Shown here: piece by piece, positions 61,688-64,000 of the stretch
How the letters are laid out: the number at the start of each line of letters is the position of its first letter
Numbering within the stretch: the first letter of the stretch is position 1
Made by a program: the position numbers and the translations under genes
Assembly: GCA_038496445.1 (NCBI GenBank)
Contig: JALMLS010000288.1
Coordinates: forward strand, 62,001 to 126,000
Origin: Trichosphaerium sp. ATCC 40318
Lineage: Eukaryota; Protista; Tubulinea
DNA: 64,000 nt
Direction: 5' to 3'
Notes under the pieces: generated by a model
Database searches by the model: none
Told to the model about the DNA's origin: nothing
The model's input: only the letters and a program-made list of their open reading frames with translations

Positions 61688-64000
61688 TTACAAATTACTT
61701 GGTGTCCCTTCCGACTCTTCAAGTAGTTTCTCCTTTTCAGTAGTATGATTCATACTTGTTTCACTATTTGAGTCATCAGACGCTGTTTGAGTTAGATTAA
61801 GTTCTCCCAGTTCAATAAGAGGCTTATTCCTTCCAACACCAAGTCTGTCCGCCTCTTGAAGAATTTGCCAATCAGCAGGGAAGTACTGGCGTTGTACACT
61901 AAAAAAAAAACATCAGCACACACAACCAAAATACATTGGCACAAAATAAATACCAACCAAAAAAAAATAAATCACGTGTTCGTACTTGCACCAAAACGAA
62001 AAAAAAAACGAAAACAGAAAAAAATAAGAAAAAGTTGAACTTCATCAACCACGTACTACATGAAACATAGGTCAATAACAGCTGTCGCTGTAGGTACCCA
62101 TACAATATAGAAATAGAAGGAACCAGCTGTGAAAGATCTCAAAGTTACCATAAGCAAGCTAGGAACCAGATACGTAAAGTCATTCTCAACCCATAACATA
62201 ATAACATAAATGACGATACTCAAAGCCAAACCAAGCCACACAGGCCATGTCCAGTGCCTTGAAACAAGTAAGAAACTTTAAGAAAAACACGAGGTGTAGT
62301 ACCGAGTAATCAGGAACATTTTAGTGTGAACCATAGCAAGACCAGCTGTGATGACATAAACACCAACAACATATAAGCCATTATCAGCTTGTCCGTTCTC
62401 TTGTAATGAACCAATACCACCAAAGTATATTAGGAAACTACCAAAAAGAACCCATGAATGTACTATAATAGTAATGATCCAAACAGAGAAGGTACGCCAA
62501 TTAAGAATACCTATTGATGAAGTTTAAAAAAAAACCAAGAAAGGCAGGGCTTGTTCTTTCAAAGAACCAGAAAAAAAAATTACAAAATGAGTGGTACCTG
62601 CGCGATACTCTCTTGAAGCTTCTGGGTACTTATATATAACCTTTGGTTTAATATCTTGTTCAAATAGAGCATATAGGAAAGGAGAAAGAGACGTGAGAAT
62701 AACATTATACCCAGCAATAATCCAATCTTCATAAAGTGTCTAAAACACAAAAACTTAGTTTAAAAAACGCTTATAACTTCCTTTGACAAGTCAAAGATGA
62801 TCATACCTGTCCGGAGAAGCCACTGAACCAAGCAAAGTAGAGCTGAGCAAGGAAGACTGATAGATTCTTATAAAAACTATACTGGATAAGTCCAGCGTTT
62901 CTAAGTAAACTGTATCGTCCATGTTTCATTACTAGAGGTACTAGATGTCTTTTTCAAAGAGTAAAGGACGAAACAACATTTAATAAGCAAAGAATAAAGG
63001 GACAAAAAGCCGCGCTTAAAAAGGATACTTGAATTCGCGTATAGCGTAGTCAGAAGCACGTGCAGATTGTGTTCCTTCTTTACCAAAGATACCAACACCA
63101 ATATGGGCTTGCTAGAGACAAATACAGTTAGATAAAAAAACCTTGCAGATTGTGAAGAAACATTTTTTCTTTCAACAAAAAAACAGAGATCGTACTTGAA
63201 TCATGGCAACATCGTTTGCACCATCGCCAACAGCAAGGGTAATAGTTCCCTTAGCTCCTTTACGAATCATTTTAACTACATTCGCTTTTTGCTTAGGCGA
63301 AGCACGGCAACAAATAACAGACTTTGAGCGAAGTCCCAAGTCCCTAAATTCGTCCCGGTACTTAGCCAATGCAAATACCATTGCGTCTCCATCAATAATA
63401 AGAGCAATCTCTCCAAGTTTCTATAGATGCAATAATAAGAACATGACTATAATACTTTTTTGAAATATCACGTACTTTAGCTTGCTTGAGACCTTCTTTA
63501 AGTTTGTCTTGTACTACAAAAAAATTAAATTTCGAAAAAAACTTCAATGAAGGAAGTCCTTACCATCAGACTCTTTTTTGCACTTTGTTACTCTGCAAAG
63601 AGCCAAACCTGAAGGAAGGAGCTTGCATGATGTTCCAATATTAATAGCAGTCTCTTCTTTATCACCTGTAATCATCCAGACCTTCACACCAGCCTACAAC
63701 AAATACTTAGCCAAAAAATCCTCTTAAAACAACAAGAAACTGAAGGCTCTTTCGTTTCGTACCTCTAAAAAGAAGTGTAATGTCTCTGCAACCTTATCCT
63801 GTAATTTATCTTCAATAGCAGTAGCACCAACAAGCTCAAAGTCCTTCTCTAGAAGTTTCCAAGCCTGTTTTTTGGCTTTTTCACGCCCTTCAAGCAAAAG
63901 AGAAGCGTCCTTATATTGCTTAATATAAGCCTGATACTCTGCCTCGGTCCAACTCTTTTGACAAAGCAATAGCGTACGCAGGCCCTAAACAATACTAGTT
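61688..64000 (-). CDS. P4-type phospholipid-transporting ATPase (flippase), C-terminal part; 5' end outside window
   Basis: [94 protein letters not shown] segments. Confidence 0.95.

Overview
AT-rich eukaryotic nuclear DNA, most likely from a protist and probably an amoebozoan (inferred from a MyoE-like short-tailed myosin I, very short ~40-80 nt introns and the gene families present). The intron-rich housekeeping genes are a CaMK-type kinase, myosin I, SKP1, eEF1B-gamma, cyclin Y-like, a GH18 chitinase and a P4-ATPase. Between them lies a dense accessory layer: about 11 F-box genes with different C-terminal modules (LRR, MORN, PH, Ig-like), orphan LRR fragments, a ~1 kb-arm inverted duplication, a retroposed insertion with a 19-bp TSD, and a two-copy MITE-like element. 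The most striking item is a spliced gene at 35620-38671 (-) that seems to encode a polyprotein: signal peptide, Reeler domain, Cys-rich domain, hydrophobic anchor, then a second INTERNAL signal peptide followed directly by a His-first LPMO-like domain. Other notable items: a repeat-array protein ending in a PD-(D/E)XK-like nuclease domain, an intron-containing RTX-repeat secreted protein, a missed 72-aa Dad2-like gene, and strong CACGTG enrichment. All gene models were spliced by hand and family calls rest on recognised motifs, not database searches.
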